A DNA stretch of 64,000 nucleotides from an uncultured Erysipelotrichia bacterium (lineage in GTDB: Bacteria; Bacillota_I; Bacilli_A; JBKEDG01), in the NCBI GenBank assembly GCA_964593055.1, contig CAZQIG010000005.1:40167-104166 (forward strand). Reading direction: 5' to 3'. The notes beneath the pieces are model-generated. The model saw only the letters and a program-made list of their open reading frames with translations. It made no database searches and was not told where the DNA came from. The translations under genes and the position numbers were made by a program. Below, in pieces: positions 34,057-42,885 of the stretch; the first letter of the stretch is position 1, and each line of letters opens with the position of its first letter.

Positions 34057-36129
34057 CTAATCACTATATTTAATAACTATTTCCATATTTTCAATAATGA
34101 GTGTTCCAGGCTTAACACTTTGTGTTTTTTTAGAACCTTTTCCTTCATACTTTAAAACAATTCCTAAAATATTCGCATAAATTCGTGCGGTTTTTTCATC
34201 CATTTTAATAAAATTTGGTACATATTGTTGACCATCGGTTAAAATATATAACGGTTGACGACTATTTAGGGTCGATCCACCATTAGGATACTGTCCTACA
34301 ACGTATTTACCATCACCGATAATACGTTTATTTTTATAAGCAACATCACTTACCAATTTTCCAAAATAATTAGGAATTTCTATAAAGCTTGAAATAATTT
34401 CTTGATCTGCATTACTTGTAGGTATTCCTTTATATACACCGATTCCATTTAAAATATCTGTAACCATTTCTCTTACAACAGCATGTGAATTTACATTTGG
34501 TGCTTTAGCATAAGCATAAATGATTACTTCAGGATCTTCATATGGAAAAAAACCACCAAAACCATAACTAAAAGAATTTTTTAAATAGCCATTACTACTA
34601 GCAATTTGAGCTGTCGCTGTTTTACCTGCTAACTCGTATTTTTCCATTTCATAGTAACGATTACTAATTCCTAATTCTTCATTACCATTAACAACAGAAT
34701 ACATCAAATCCATCATAATTTCTGCTGTTTCTTCTGTAATAACATTTTCTCTTTTAACAATTGGTTCACTTTCAAAAACTGTTTCTCCTTGACAATCAAT
34801 TTTATCAACGATGTAAGGTTGCATTAATGAACCCTTAGTTGTAATCACTGATAATGCTTGAATTTGTTGAATTGGTGTTGTTGTGATACCTTGTCCAAAA
34901 CCTGCAGTTAAATACTCAATATTCCTCTTAGGCTTAATAATTCCCGAACTTTCTCTCGGTAAATCAATTCCTGTCTTCTCACCGAACCCAAAAGCACGTA
35001 AATATTCCACGAACTTTTCCTTATCTAGATAATTTTCTAAAATTTCAATAATTGATGAATTAGCTGAATGAATAAATCCTTCTTCTAAAGTTATTTTACC
35101 AAAACCTTTTCCATTCCAATCATTAATAACTTCTCCATAAACTTCTTGAGCACCACTTTTATAAACTTCACTTAAATCAATTACACCTTCATTAAGAGCA
35201 GCTGCAAATGTATATATTTTCATCACTGATCCAGGTTCAAATGACTGTTCAATATTGGGGTTAGTATATTTATCAATAGCTAAAACATTTGGATTAAAAG
35301 ATGGTGAAGTAGAAATGCCGAGAATCTCACCTGTTTTAGCATCAGCTACAATTACCGATATTTCTTCTGGTTTATATTTAGGATATAAATTATTCAAAGT
35401 ATTTTCAATAATTACTTGAATATCACGTTCAATTGTTAAACTGACATCACATCCATTTATTGCTGGTGTATATGTATTTAACGAGTTTTCTACTGCAACT
35501 CCATGAACATCAGCAACATATTTAGTATACCCATTTTCACCTAGTAAATAGTCATTTAAAACATTTTCTACACCCATTTCACCAATTACACCATCTTTTG
35601 TACTTTTAGCATATCCTATTTCATAAGAAGCGAACTGACCGTATGGATACGAACGACTTTCAAATGCTTCAAATTTAATTCCCGGTAGTGAAAACTCTTC
35701 AATTTTTCTTTTCTGTTCTGTCGTAATAGCTGAAGCTTTAGCTCCTAAGTACGTTTGATATAAATCCTTTTTTAAAAAATTTAAGATTAAATTATAATCT
35801 TCACCAATTATATCACTTATAACTAACGCGGTATGTTCCTTATCTACAACATGTTTCGGTGTTGTATAATTTTTTGAACGACTTGGATTTAGATACGCTA
35901 GTATACGATACTTATACGCTGATTGTGCTAAAACATTACCATTACTGTCATAAATATCACCACGTAAAGCAGGTACAGTACGCTCACGTAATTGTACACC
36001 TTCTTGTAAGTCATTTAAGTTAACCCCATTATATTCATCAACATATGCTAAAAAAACGAAGCGACTACCAATCACTCCGAAAACTAATGAACAAATTATT
36101 AAATACAGGGAGTTTCTTTTTAATTTCAT
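34057..36129 (-). CDS. class B penicillin-binding protein (PBP2B/FtsI-type) with two C-terminal PASTA-like repeats
   Basis: N-terminal TM anchor, SVMK (SxxK), SAN (SxN) and a KTA box in place of KTG. dcw-cluster position. Confidence 0.9.
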   Translation of the reverse strand: MKLKRNSLYLIICSLVFGVIGSRFVFLAYVDEYNGVNLNDLQEGVQLRERTVPALRGDIYDSNGNVLAQSAYKYRILAYLNPSRSKNYTTPKHVVDKEHTALVISDIIGEDYNLILNFLKKDLYQTYLGAKASAITTEQKRKIEEFSLPGIKFEAFESRSYPYGQFASYEIGYAKSTKDGVIGEMGVENVLNDYLLGENGYTKYVADVHGVAVENSLNTYTPAINGCDVSLTIERDIQVIIENTLNNLYPKYKPEEISVIVADAKTGEILGISTSPSFNPNVLAIDKYTNPNIEQSFEPGSVMKIYTFAAALNEGVIDLSEVYKSGAQEVYGEVINDWNGKGFGKITLEEGFIHSANSSIIEILENYLDKEKFVEYLRAFGFGEKTGIDLPRESSGIIKPKRNIEYLTAGFGQGITTTPIQQIQALSVITTKGSLMQPYIVDKIDCQGETVFESEPIVKRENVITEETAEIMMDLMYSVVNGNEELGISNRYYEMEKYELAGKTATAQIASSNGYLKNSFSYGFGGFFPYEDPEVIIYAYAKAPNVNSHAVVREMVTDILNGIGVYKGIPTSNADQEIISSFIEIPNYFGKLVSDVAYKNKRIIGDGKYVVGQYPNGGSTLNSRQPLYILTDGQQYVPNFIKMDEKTARIYANILGIVLKYEGKGSKKTQSVKPGTLIIENMEIVIKYSD

Positions 36130-36140
36130 ATATTCACACC

Positions 36141-36425
36141 TTAATTATTTTTTTCAACTAATAAAATACTCTCTGTATTATACTCTAAATTATTCGCTTT
36201 AGCAAACTCACTTAAGTTACTCAATGTCAACTTTTCATTTATTCTCATTTGCTTATATTGATTATCTTCTTCAACAAGTTTAATATTACCTTTTAAATCC
36301 TCATTTTCATAATTCAAAGCATTTGATTGAACAACTACAAAAAGTCTTGCTATTGATAAAAAACCAATAGCTAAAATCATTAAAATAACCCATCTTCCTT
36401 TTTTCAATTTTAATGTTTTCACCAA
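36141..36425 (-). CDS. ftsL: cell division protein FtsL-like
   Basis: 94 aa, single TM helix then coiled-coil. Located between rsmH and the PBP gene. Confidence 0.6.
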   Translation of the reverse strand: MVKTLKLKKGRWVILMILAIGFLSIARLFVVVQSNALNYENEDLKGNIKLVEEDNQYKQMRINEKLTLSNLSEFAKANNLEYNTESILLVEKNN

Positions 36426-36426
36426 A

Positions 36427-37347
36427 TTACCTCTTTTCTGCTACACGCATTTTAGCACTATGCGCTCTTTGATTATTTTCTAATTCTTCTTCACTAGCTG
36501 TGATAACTTTCCTATTAACTATTTTTAATATCGGTTCCATTTCTTTAGGAATAACCGGAATTTCTTTCGGCAAATTTACTTCAGATAATTCCTTAAAAAG
36601 ATACTTGCAAACCTTATCTTCTAAAGAATGAAAAGTAATGGCAACTACCCTACCTTCTGAATTTAATAAATCAATTGCCTCTCGAAGAGCTTTTTCAAAT
36701 ACATTCAACTCATTATTAACTTCAATGCGTAAAGCTTGAAAAACCTTTTTAGCAGGATGTCCTTTTTTCCTTTTTACTTTTTCTGGTAAGCTTCTCTTTA
36801 TAATATCTACTAGTTGAAACGTCGAAACAATCGGTTCCACTTCTCTTTCTTTAACAATGTTTTTAACAATAGCTGTTGCAAATTTTTCTTCACCATATTT
36901 TTTTAATACTAAAACTAACTTTTCATAACTATATTCATTCACCACTTTATAAGCATCAAGTGCTTGTCTACGATCCATTCGCATATCTAATCTCGCATCA
37001 TAGCGATAACTAAAGCCTCTATCATGCTTATCAAACTGTAAAGAAGATACCCCTATATCAAAAAGAATTCCATCTATTTGATCAATACCTCTACTTGATA
37101 ACTCCTTTTTTAAACTAGCAAAATTAGTTTCAATAATGGTAAATTTTCCCTTATATGCTGCTAAATGCTCTTTAGCATAAGCAATTGCTTCTTGGTCTTG
37201 ATCAAAGCAATATAAATGCCCTGTCGTTAAACGCTTAAGAATTTCTAAACTATGTCCACCCATCCCTAATGTAGCATCAACATAAATTCCTTCACTTTTA
37301 ACATTTAAGTATTCGATTGCTTCTTCTAACAAAACGCTTGTATGCAT
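36427..37347 (-). CDS. rsmH: 16S rRNA (cytosine1402-N4)-methyltransferase
   Basis: HTSVLLEEAIEYL, DATLGMGGHS, SLEDK motifs. Follows mraZ. Confidence 0.95.
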   Translation of the reverse strand: MHTSVLLEEAIEYLNVKSEGIYVDATLGMGGHSLEILKRLTTGHLYCFDQDQEAIAYAKEHLAAYKGKFTIIETNFASLKKELSSRGIDQIDGILFDIGVSSLQFDKHDRGFSYRYDARLDMRMDRRQALDAYKVVNEYSYEKLVLVLKKYGEEKFATAIVKNIVKEREVEPIVSTFQLVDIIKRSLPEKVKRKKGHPAKKVFQALRIEVNNELNVFEKALREAIDLLNSEGRVVAITFHSLEDKVCKYLFKELSEVNLPKEIPVIPKEMEPILKIVNRKVITASEEELENNQRAHSAKMRVAEKR

Positions 37348-37355
37348 TTTCTCAC

Positions 37356-37805
37356 CTACTCAAAATCAAATAAATCCTCTGCTATTTCTGAGAAATTATC
37401 AATATTTTCCTCAATAAACTCACTCCATAAATCTTTATCCCAAATTTCAATTCTCTCATTAACTCCTACAACTACACACTCTTTTTTTAAATCTGCATAC
37501 TTTGTTAACGTTAATGTTATATTAGCTCGTCCCTGCTTATCAATCTCGCATTCATGTGCTCCTGATAAAAAGAAACGCTGAAAATCACGATTTTTCTTTT
37601 TTGTAAAAGGCATTTGTTTTAACCCTTGAATCAATTTTTGCCACTCATCAATCGGATAAACAAACAAACATTTTTCCATTCCACGTGTAATTACAAATTT
37701 ACTACCTAAATTCTCGCGAAACTTCGAAGGAATAATTAAACGACCTTTGTCATCAATATTATGGCTGTATTCACCTAAAAACAAAATATCACCACTTTCC
37801 TCCAC
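37356..37805 (-). CDS. mraZ: transcriptional regulator MraZ
   Basis: Two DxxxR repeats (DDKGRLIIPSKFR and DKQGRANITLTL). The true start may be the internal TTG/ATT at about 37784-37787 (FLGEY...). Confidence 0.9.
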   Translation of the reverse strand: MEESGDILFLGEYSHNIDDKGRLIIPSKFRENLGSKFVITRGMEKCLFVYPIDEWQKLIQGLKQMPFTKKKNRDFQRFFLSGAHECEIDKQGRANITLTLTKYADLKKECVVVGVNERIEIWDKDLWSEFIEENIDNFSEIAEDLFDFE

Positions 37806-37841
37806 TTTCTACCACATATGCCCATTTTACTACATAAAAAA

Positions 37842-37879
37842 TAAAAAAACAAGCAATATCGGCAATTTGCTTGTTTTTT
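37842..37879. terminator. strong hairpin with flanking A and U tracts upstream of mraZ
   Basis: ACAAGCAA-(10-nt loop)-UUGCUUGU with A7 upstream and U6 downstream. Confidence 0.65.
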
Positions 37880-37944
37880 ACTAATTTTTATTCTTATTTG
37901 TAAAAATATGTAAATACTATTTATAAAAAAATACTTATATATGA

Positions 37945-37973
37945 CAAAAACTATGCCTTGAAGGCAATAGTTT
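37945..37973 (-). terminator. intrinsic terminator of the 215-aa membrane-anchored protein gene
   Basis: ACUAUUGCC-UUCAA-GGCAUAGU followed by UUUUUG. Confidence 0.65.
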
Positions 37974-38621
37974 CTATTCTAATTCATCGATTTCGTCTAG
38001 TTTAACAACAAAGTAAGTTCCCTCAATATTTACAATACTCACTGCAACAGTTTCTGGCATATTCTCTAAAGCAGCTCCAACTAAAAGTTCATATTTTATT
38101 ATATAGCCAATATAATCCTCATCATTAATTGTTAATGTTGTTTCTTCTTGATTAAGCGTTGTAACTGATTCAATAGTTTGCGCTGTTTTTTTCGCTAATG
38201 AATTTTTTTCAGCATTTAAATACAAGTTACTTACACCAAACTCTTTTGTATAATCATCACTCATATTAGGATTGATAAAAGTAGCTCCACCAACACGTTT
38301 TTTATCAGCGATAAACTTATCAGTCATATTGTAATAATCTGCTACAAAATTTTGCCCTACGCTAACAGCAGTCTCTTCTGACAGAGGATCTTCATTGAAT
38401 TTCTTTTCCAAATCTTCAAATAACATTTTTTGATAATCCGTTATTGTATCCGGTAATACATAATACTCGCCTATTGTAAGTTCTTCAACTTTTTCAGTTG
38501 GCTCTTTTTTAGAAGGTTTTTTATCATCACCTTTTAGAAAATAAACACTCAAACCAGCCATTATTAACAATGAAGCTAAAATAACTGAAGTAATAATTAC
38601 TATCTTTTTCTTCTTTGCCAT
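37974..38621 (-). CDS. hypothetical membrane-anchored extracytoplasmic protein
   Basis: 215 aa. N-terminal KKKK plus TM helix, Lys/Pro-rich linker, globular C-domain. No motif recognised. Confidence 0.5.
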   Translation of the reverse strand: MAKKKKIVIITSVILASLLIMAGLSVYFLKGDDKKPSKKEPTEKVEELTIGEYYVLPDTITDYQKMLFEDLEKKFNEDPLSEETAVSVGQNFVADYYNMTDKFIADKKRVGGATFINPNMSDDYTKEFGVSNLYLNAEKNSLAKKTAQTIESVTTLNQEETTLTINDEDYIGYIIKYELLVGAALENMPETVAVSIVNIEGTYFVVKLDEIDELE

Positions 38622-38622
38622 T

Positions 38623-39351
38623 TTATTCCTCCAATTCTATATTGTGATAAATATTTTGTACATCCTCACACTCATTTAACATATCCATCAATTTTTCATA
38701 ATTTTTAACATCATCTTCAATTTCAACTTTAACATTGTTTGTCGCAATCCACATTATTTCAGAAATAAGAAATTCACTTCCTACATAAGTTGCTTCTAAA
38801 AAGTCACGTACTTGTCGATAAACATTCATCGGTGCATAAAGTGTAAATAGCTCATCTTCAATTTCTATATCTGTAAACTCAATTTCTTTTTCTAAAAGGA
38901 GTTCTAACAAATCATCTTCTAAAACTTTTACCTTTAAAGTAAAAACTGCTAATTGATTAAAAGCATGCTTTACAGAACCAGAAACACCTAATTTGGAAGC
39001 AGATTTCGTAAAACAATTACGAACTTCACTATAAGTTCGATTTACATTGTCAGTTAAGCATTCAACAATAAACATTGATGAGTTCGGACCAAAACCTTCA
39101 TATAAAATTGTATTATAAGTTTCTTTTGTCGGCTCTTGTGCTTTTTTGATGGCACGGTTAATAATATCATTTGGAACTTGCTGACTTTTCGCTTTTTCGA
39201 CAACAGCTTTTAAAGCTGAATTACTTTCAATGTTTGGAGTTCCGCTTTTAGCAGCAACATAAATCTCTTTTCCAAATTTAGCATATAATTTACTTTTCAT
39301 AGCATTCGTTTTAGCCATTGATGCTTTACGTACTTCAAATGCTCTACCCAT
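38623..39351 (-). CDS. YebC/PmpR-family DNA-binding regulator
   Basis: MGRAFEVRKASMAKT N-terminus. Start at ATG 39351, 4 nt after AGGTGAT. Confidence 0.9.
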   Translation of the reverse strand: MGRAFEVRKASMAKTNAMKSKLYAKFGKEIYVAAKSGTPNIESNSALKAVVEKAKSQQVPNDIINRAIKKAQEPTKETYNTILYEGFGPNSSMFIVECLTDNVNRTYSEVRNCFTKSASKLGVSGSVKHAFNQLAVFTLKVKVLEDDLLELLLEKEIEFTDIEIEDELFTLYAPMNVYRQVRDFLEATYVGSEFLISEIMWIATNNVKVEIEDDVKNYEKLMDMLNECEDVQNIYHNIELEE

Positions 39352-39449
39352 ATTTATCACCTACCTATACCATTATACAATAAAAGTATCCTTTTTTAAA
39401 GTGTTTGACAACAAACATTTTCAAGTGTACAATTAGTGCGAGGTGCTTT

Positions 39450-40403
39450 ATGAGAAAAAAAATTTTTATAAATAGTTTGAAAATTGCCATCTTCATCGCG
39501 ATTTTCTTATCACTACAGCCATCATTTTTAAAAGCGATATCATTTATGACGGACTTAGAAAAAGCTTATACAAAAATTGAAACAGTGAATTATCATGAAT
39601 TAAAACACAAAGATTATTTTACTATGCTATTTCTTGGTAAAGATGCAGATGAAGTTATTGAAAGAAGTGATTCTATTATCGTTTTAGCGATAAATTTTCA
39701 AACAAAAGATAGTCTCTTATTATCAATTCCAAGAGATACTTATTTACCAATTAGTTGTTTAGATGATAAAAAAGATAAAATAACCCATGCTTTCTCTTAT
39801 GGTGATAATTGTACGATCAAATCTTTAGAAAATGCTTTAGATATTGAATTTAATTACATTTTAGAAATGGATTTTACAGGCTTTATCTCTATCATTGACT
39901 ACTTTGGAACAATTCCTTTAAATGTTCCTAATTTAAACAACGGAAATACATGGTGTGAACAAGATTCAAATAATCAAAATAATAATGTTTGTTTCAACCA
40001 ATTTGGTATACAAGAAGTAACTTCTGAACAAGCACTTGCATTAGCAAGAACACGTAAATTTGATTCTGATTTTTCTCGCGGAAAAAGACAACTTGAAATC
40101 ATTAATAGCGTAATTCAAAAGCTGTCTTCAATGAATATGGAAGAATTAAAAAATATCGATCAGCTATTTTTAAACTTAAGTGGCAGTGTAGAAACTAATA
40201 TTTCCTTACCTTCTGCTTTAAGAATGGCCTATGATATAACTACTAGTGATATTGATTTAACTTCAGGTTTAATTCAAATAGAAGGTGAAGATAAAATATT
40301 TAGAGGGGAAAACTCAACTATTCACCGTTATTATTTCATACCAGATGAAACGCAATTAAAAGAAATACGTCAACAAATTGCTAAAATAACTAAAAAAAAG
40401 TAA
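39450..40403 (+). CDS. LytR-CpsA-Psr (LCP) family cell-wall glycopolymer ligase
   Basis: N-terminal TM helix, RSDSIIVLAINFQTKDSLLLSIPRDTY core, ALALARTRKFDSDFSRGKRQ. Start at ATG 39450 after GAGGTG. Confidence 0.85.
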   Translation: MRKKIFINSLKIAIFIAIFLSLQPSFLKAISFMTDLEKAYTKIETVNYHELKHKDYFTMLFLGKDADEVIERSDSIIVLAINFQTKDSLLLSIPRDTYLPISCLDDKKDKITHAFSYGDNCTIKSLENALDIEFNYILEMDFTGFISIIDYFGTIPLNVPNLNNGNTWCEQDSNNQNNNVCFNQFGIQEVTSEQALALARTRKFDSDFSRGKRQLEIINSVIQKLSSMNMEELKNIDQLFLNLSGSVETNISLPSALRMAYDITTSDIDLTSGLIQIEGEDKIFRGENSTIHRYYFIPDETQLKEIRQQIAKITKKK

Positions 40404-40426
40404 CCTATAGGTAAAATTATATAATT

Positions 40427-40480
40427 AGCTAATGATAATATCAACTCACTTGGTATTATTACTAGCTTTTTTCTTGTTTT
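40427..40480 (+). terminator. intrinsic terminator of the LCP gene
   Basis: 14-bp stem AGCUAAUGAUAAUA/UAUUAUUACUAGCU (one mismatch, one G-U) followed by UUUUUUCUUGUUUUUU. Confidence 0.65.
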
Positions 40481-40489
40481 TTGGCATCT

Positions 40490-40800
40490 AAATACTTAAT
40501 AGTTGTCCCATGCAAAAATTATAATACATAGATTTTTTACTAAGCAACTCGCTCAAGATGTTCTTAAACATACCTTACCACCTTCAACAAGCTCAAGCAT
40601 TTTTAGAAAGCCTAATCTGTCAAAAGTTGTATCACTGATAGCATCATCTACAAATAGTTGTACATTTTTGAATCCATTGTCATTTGCATATTTAGTTAAA
40701 GTAAGGTTTTCAAGAATATTTTTGTCGTATTTGCAAGACTATTAGCTTGCCATTTTGTCTATTTAACTTAGAAAACTGTTTTTGATTTGATCATGTTATT
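40490..40800 (-). pseudogene. decayed N-terminal fragment of a serine recombinase (resolvase domain)
   Basis: Minus-strand frame 40735-40571 reads KYDKNILENLTLTKYANDNGFKNVQLFVDDAISDTTFDRLGFLKMLELVEGGKV. This matches the ...YA...G..V..F.DDG.SGT.FDRPGF..ML..I..GK. pattern. Stops and frameshifts on both sides. No catalytic-Ser segment or C-terminal domain remains. Confidence 0.5.
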
Positions 40801-40834
40801 CTAAAAATTTTTATCGTTCATATAATTAAAGTAT

Positions 40835-40869
40835 GAAAAAAAACATCCATTTCTTTAAAACGAATGTCT
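40835..40869 (-). terminator. intrinsic terminator of the TetR-ABC exporter operon
   Basis: ACAUUC-(13-nt loop)-GGAUGU followed by U8. Confidence 0.55.
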
Positions 40870-40914
40870 TTCTCAATTACATAATCTGTTTTGACTGTCT
40901 ATAACACTTAATTT

Positions 40915-42885
40915 TTAGACTACTTTTTCTTCGAATACAAATTGGTTTGTATAAAGTTCTTTGTATAACCCTTCTTCTTGTAAAAGCTTGTCATGACTGC
41001 CACTTTGAATAACTTCTCCATCTTTTAATACTAAAATAATGTCTGCATTAATAATCGTTTTCAAACGATGTGCAATTACAAAACTCGTACGTCCTTTAAT
41101 TACATTATCCATTGCTTGTTGGATTTTTGCTTCTGTTACTGTATCTACATTACTAGTAGCTTCATCTAAAATTAAAATATCAGGATTAGTTAAAATTGTT
41201 CTAGCAATTGATATTAATTGTTTTTGACCAACACTAAACGTTCCTGAATCATTAGAAATTTTAGTATTATAACCTTTTTCTAAACTTTCAATATAATCAT
41301 GAATATGAGCTAATTTAGCTGCCTCAATAACTTCTTCTTTTGTCGCATTATTTTTACCATATGCAATATTTTCAAAGATCGTTCCTCCAAAAAGAACAGA
41401 ATCTTGTAAAACAATTCCGACATTTTTTCTTAACGTTTCTAACGTAATATCATTAATACTAAGACCATCATATAAAATATCTCCACTACTAATATTATAA
41501 AACCTATTTAAAAGGTTCATAATTGTTGTTTTTCCTGAACCAGTTGGTCCAACTACTGCAAACATTTGTCCTTTTTGTACTTCAAAATTTAAATTTTTTA
41601 AAATAGGTGTCTTTCCATCATAACTAAAGTTTACATCTTGAAACTCAATATGACCTAAAAACCCTTCAACATCTTGTGCATTACTATAATTTACAACATC
41701 ATTAACTTCGTCATGAACAACACTAACTCGTTCCCCACCAGAAATTCCTAACTGAATCATATTGTATTGTGAAGCAACTGTATTAAATGGTTGGAAAAAA
41801 CGTTGGGCAAAACTAATAAATGTTACTAAAGATCCAATCGCGATTACCTGATTTAAAACTAATTTACTACCAACAAAAATTATTATTGCTATTGCAAGTA
41901 ACATAAATCCATTGATAATAGGCATTAACATCCCTGATAAAGTTTGTCCCTTAATTGAATTTTGCAAATAATCTTCATTATAAGGTATGAAATTTTCAAA
42001 TACATAATCTTCTATTCCATTAGAAATATTAGATTTTTGTCCAGCAATCTGCTCATCTAAATAGCCATTCAAAGCCCCTAATTTCTGTTGTTGTTTTCCA
42101 ACATATTTTCGTGCTTGATGCATTACAACAAACATGATAACTGCTAACATTAAACCTAATACTAAAATAATTAATCCTAATGTCGCCTGTTCTTTTATCA
42201 TCGTATAAGTAATAGCTACTAACAAAACAAGTGAAGACAAGACTTGACTAAGTGATTGTGTAATTAAATTAGAAATATTGTCAACATCATTTGTAAAAAC
42301 ACTTAAAACATCTCCATCATTATTTTTATCAAAATAACTAATTGCTAAATCATGTAATTTTCGAAACAAATCAATTTTCATTAAATTAGAAGACTTAGCT
42401 GCTATATAAGACATAGCTATGTAATAAATAGCAATAGAAACAGCAATACCTAAAACTGCTAACCCAAATAATAACATCGTATCATTAAAATACTCCTCTT
42501 GTGTAATTGGTTTTTCCGTCATTAGTTCTACAAAACTAAAACCAGTTGCTTCTTCTATTGAAGCAGCATTACCTAAATTAGTTTGTGTTAATAACACTTC
42601 AATTTCTGCTTCTGACATCGTTTTTAAACTATTTTCGAATTGCTCAATTGTTATAGGTTGACCACCATTAGCAGTAATTCCTTGATTAACTTGTAAAATT
42701 ATTTCATCTTTACTATTTTGAACTTGTTCTAAAACAGCATAATTTGTTAAATAGCTAATCGAATTACCCATTAACTTAGGAGTCTGAACTTGTAAGTAAG
42801 TTGAAATAACAATAAAGATACTTGCAATTATCAATAAGAATTTCTCTTTTTTTAAATATGATATTATGTATTTAATCCCTATCAT
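40915..42885 (-). CDS. ABC exporter half-transporter (TMD-NBD), partner B
   Basis: 656 aa. Walker A GPTGSGKTT, signature FSVGQKQLISIAR, Walker B ILILDEATS. Unusually long loop of about 85 aa between TM1 and TM2. Confidence 0.9.
   Translation of the reverse strand: MIGIKYIISYLKKEKFLLIIASIFIVISTYLQVQTPKLMGNSISYLTNYAVLEQVQNSKDEIILQVNQGITANGGQPITIEQFENSLKTMSEAEIEVLLTQTNLGNAASIEEATGFSFVELMTEKPITQEEYFNDTMLLFGLAVLGIAVSIAIYYIAMSYIAAKSSNLMKIDLFRKLHDLAISYFDKNNDGDVLSVFTNDVDNISNLITQSLSQVLSSLVLLVAITYTMIKEQATLGLIILVLGLMLAVIMFVVMHQARKYVGKQQQKLGALNGYLDEQIAGQKSNISNGIEDYVFENFIPYNEDYLQNSIKGQTLSGMLMPIINGFMLLAIAIIIFVGSKLVLNQVIAIGSLVTFISFAQRFFQPFNTVASQYNMIQLGISGGERVSVVHDEVNDVVNYSNAQDVEGFLGHIEFQDVNFSYDGKTPILKNLNFEVQKGQMFAVVGPTGSGKTTIMNLLNRFYNISSGDILYDGLSINDITLETLRKNVGIVLQDSVLFGGTIFENIAYGKNNATKEEVIEAAKLAHIHDYIESLEKGYNTKISNDSGTFSVGQKQLISIARTILTNPDILILDEATSNVDTVTEAKIQQAMDNVIKGRTSFVIAHRLKTIINADIILVLKDGEVIQSGSHDKLLQEEGLYKELYTNQFVFEEKVV

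Noticed and set aside
40503-40745. An 80-aa plus-strand ORF.
   Set aside because: It is the antisense shadow of the serine-recombinase relic, whose minus-strand frame shows clear family motifs. It has no SD.
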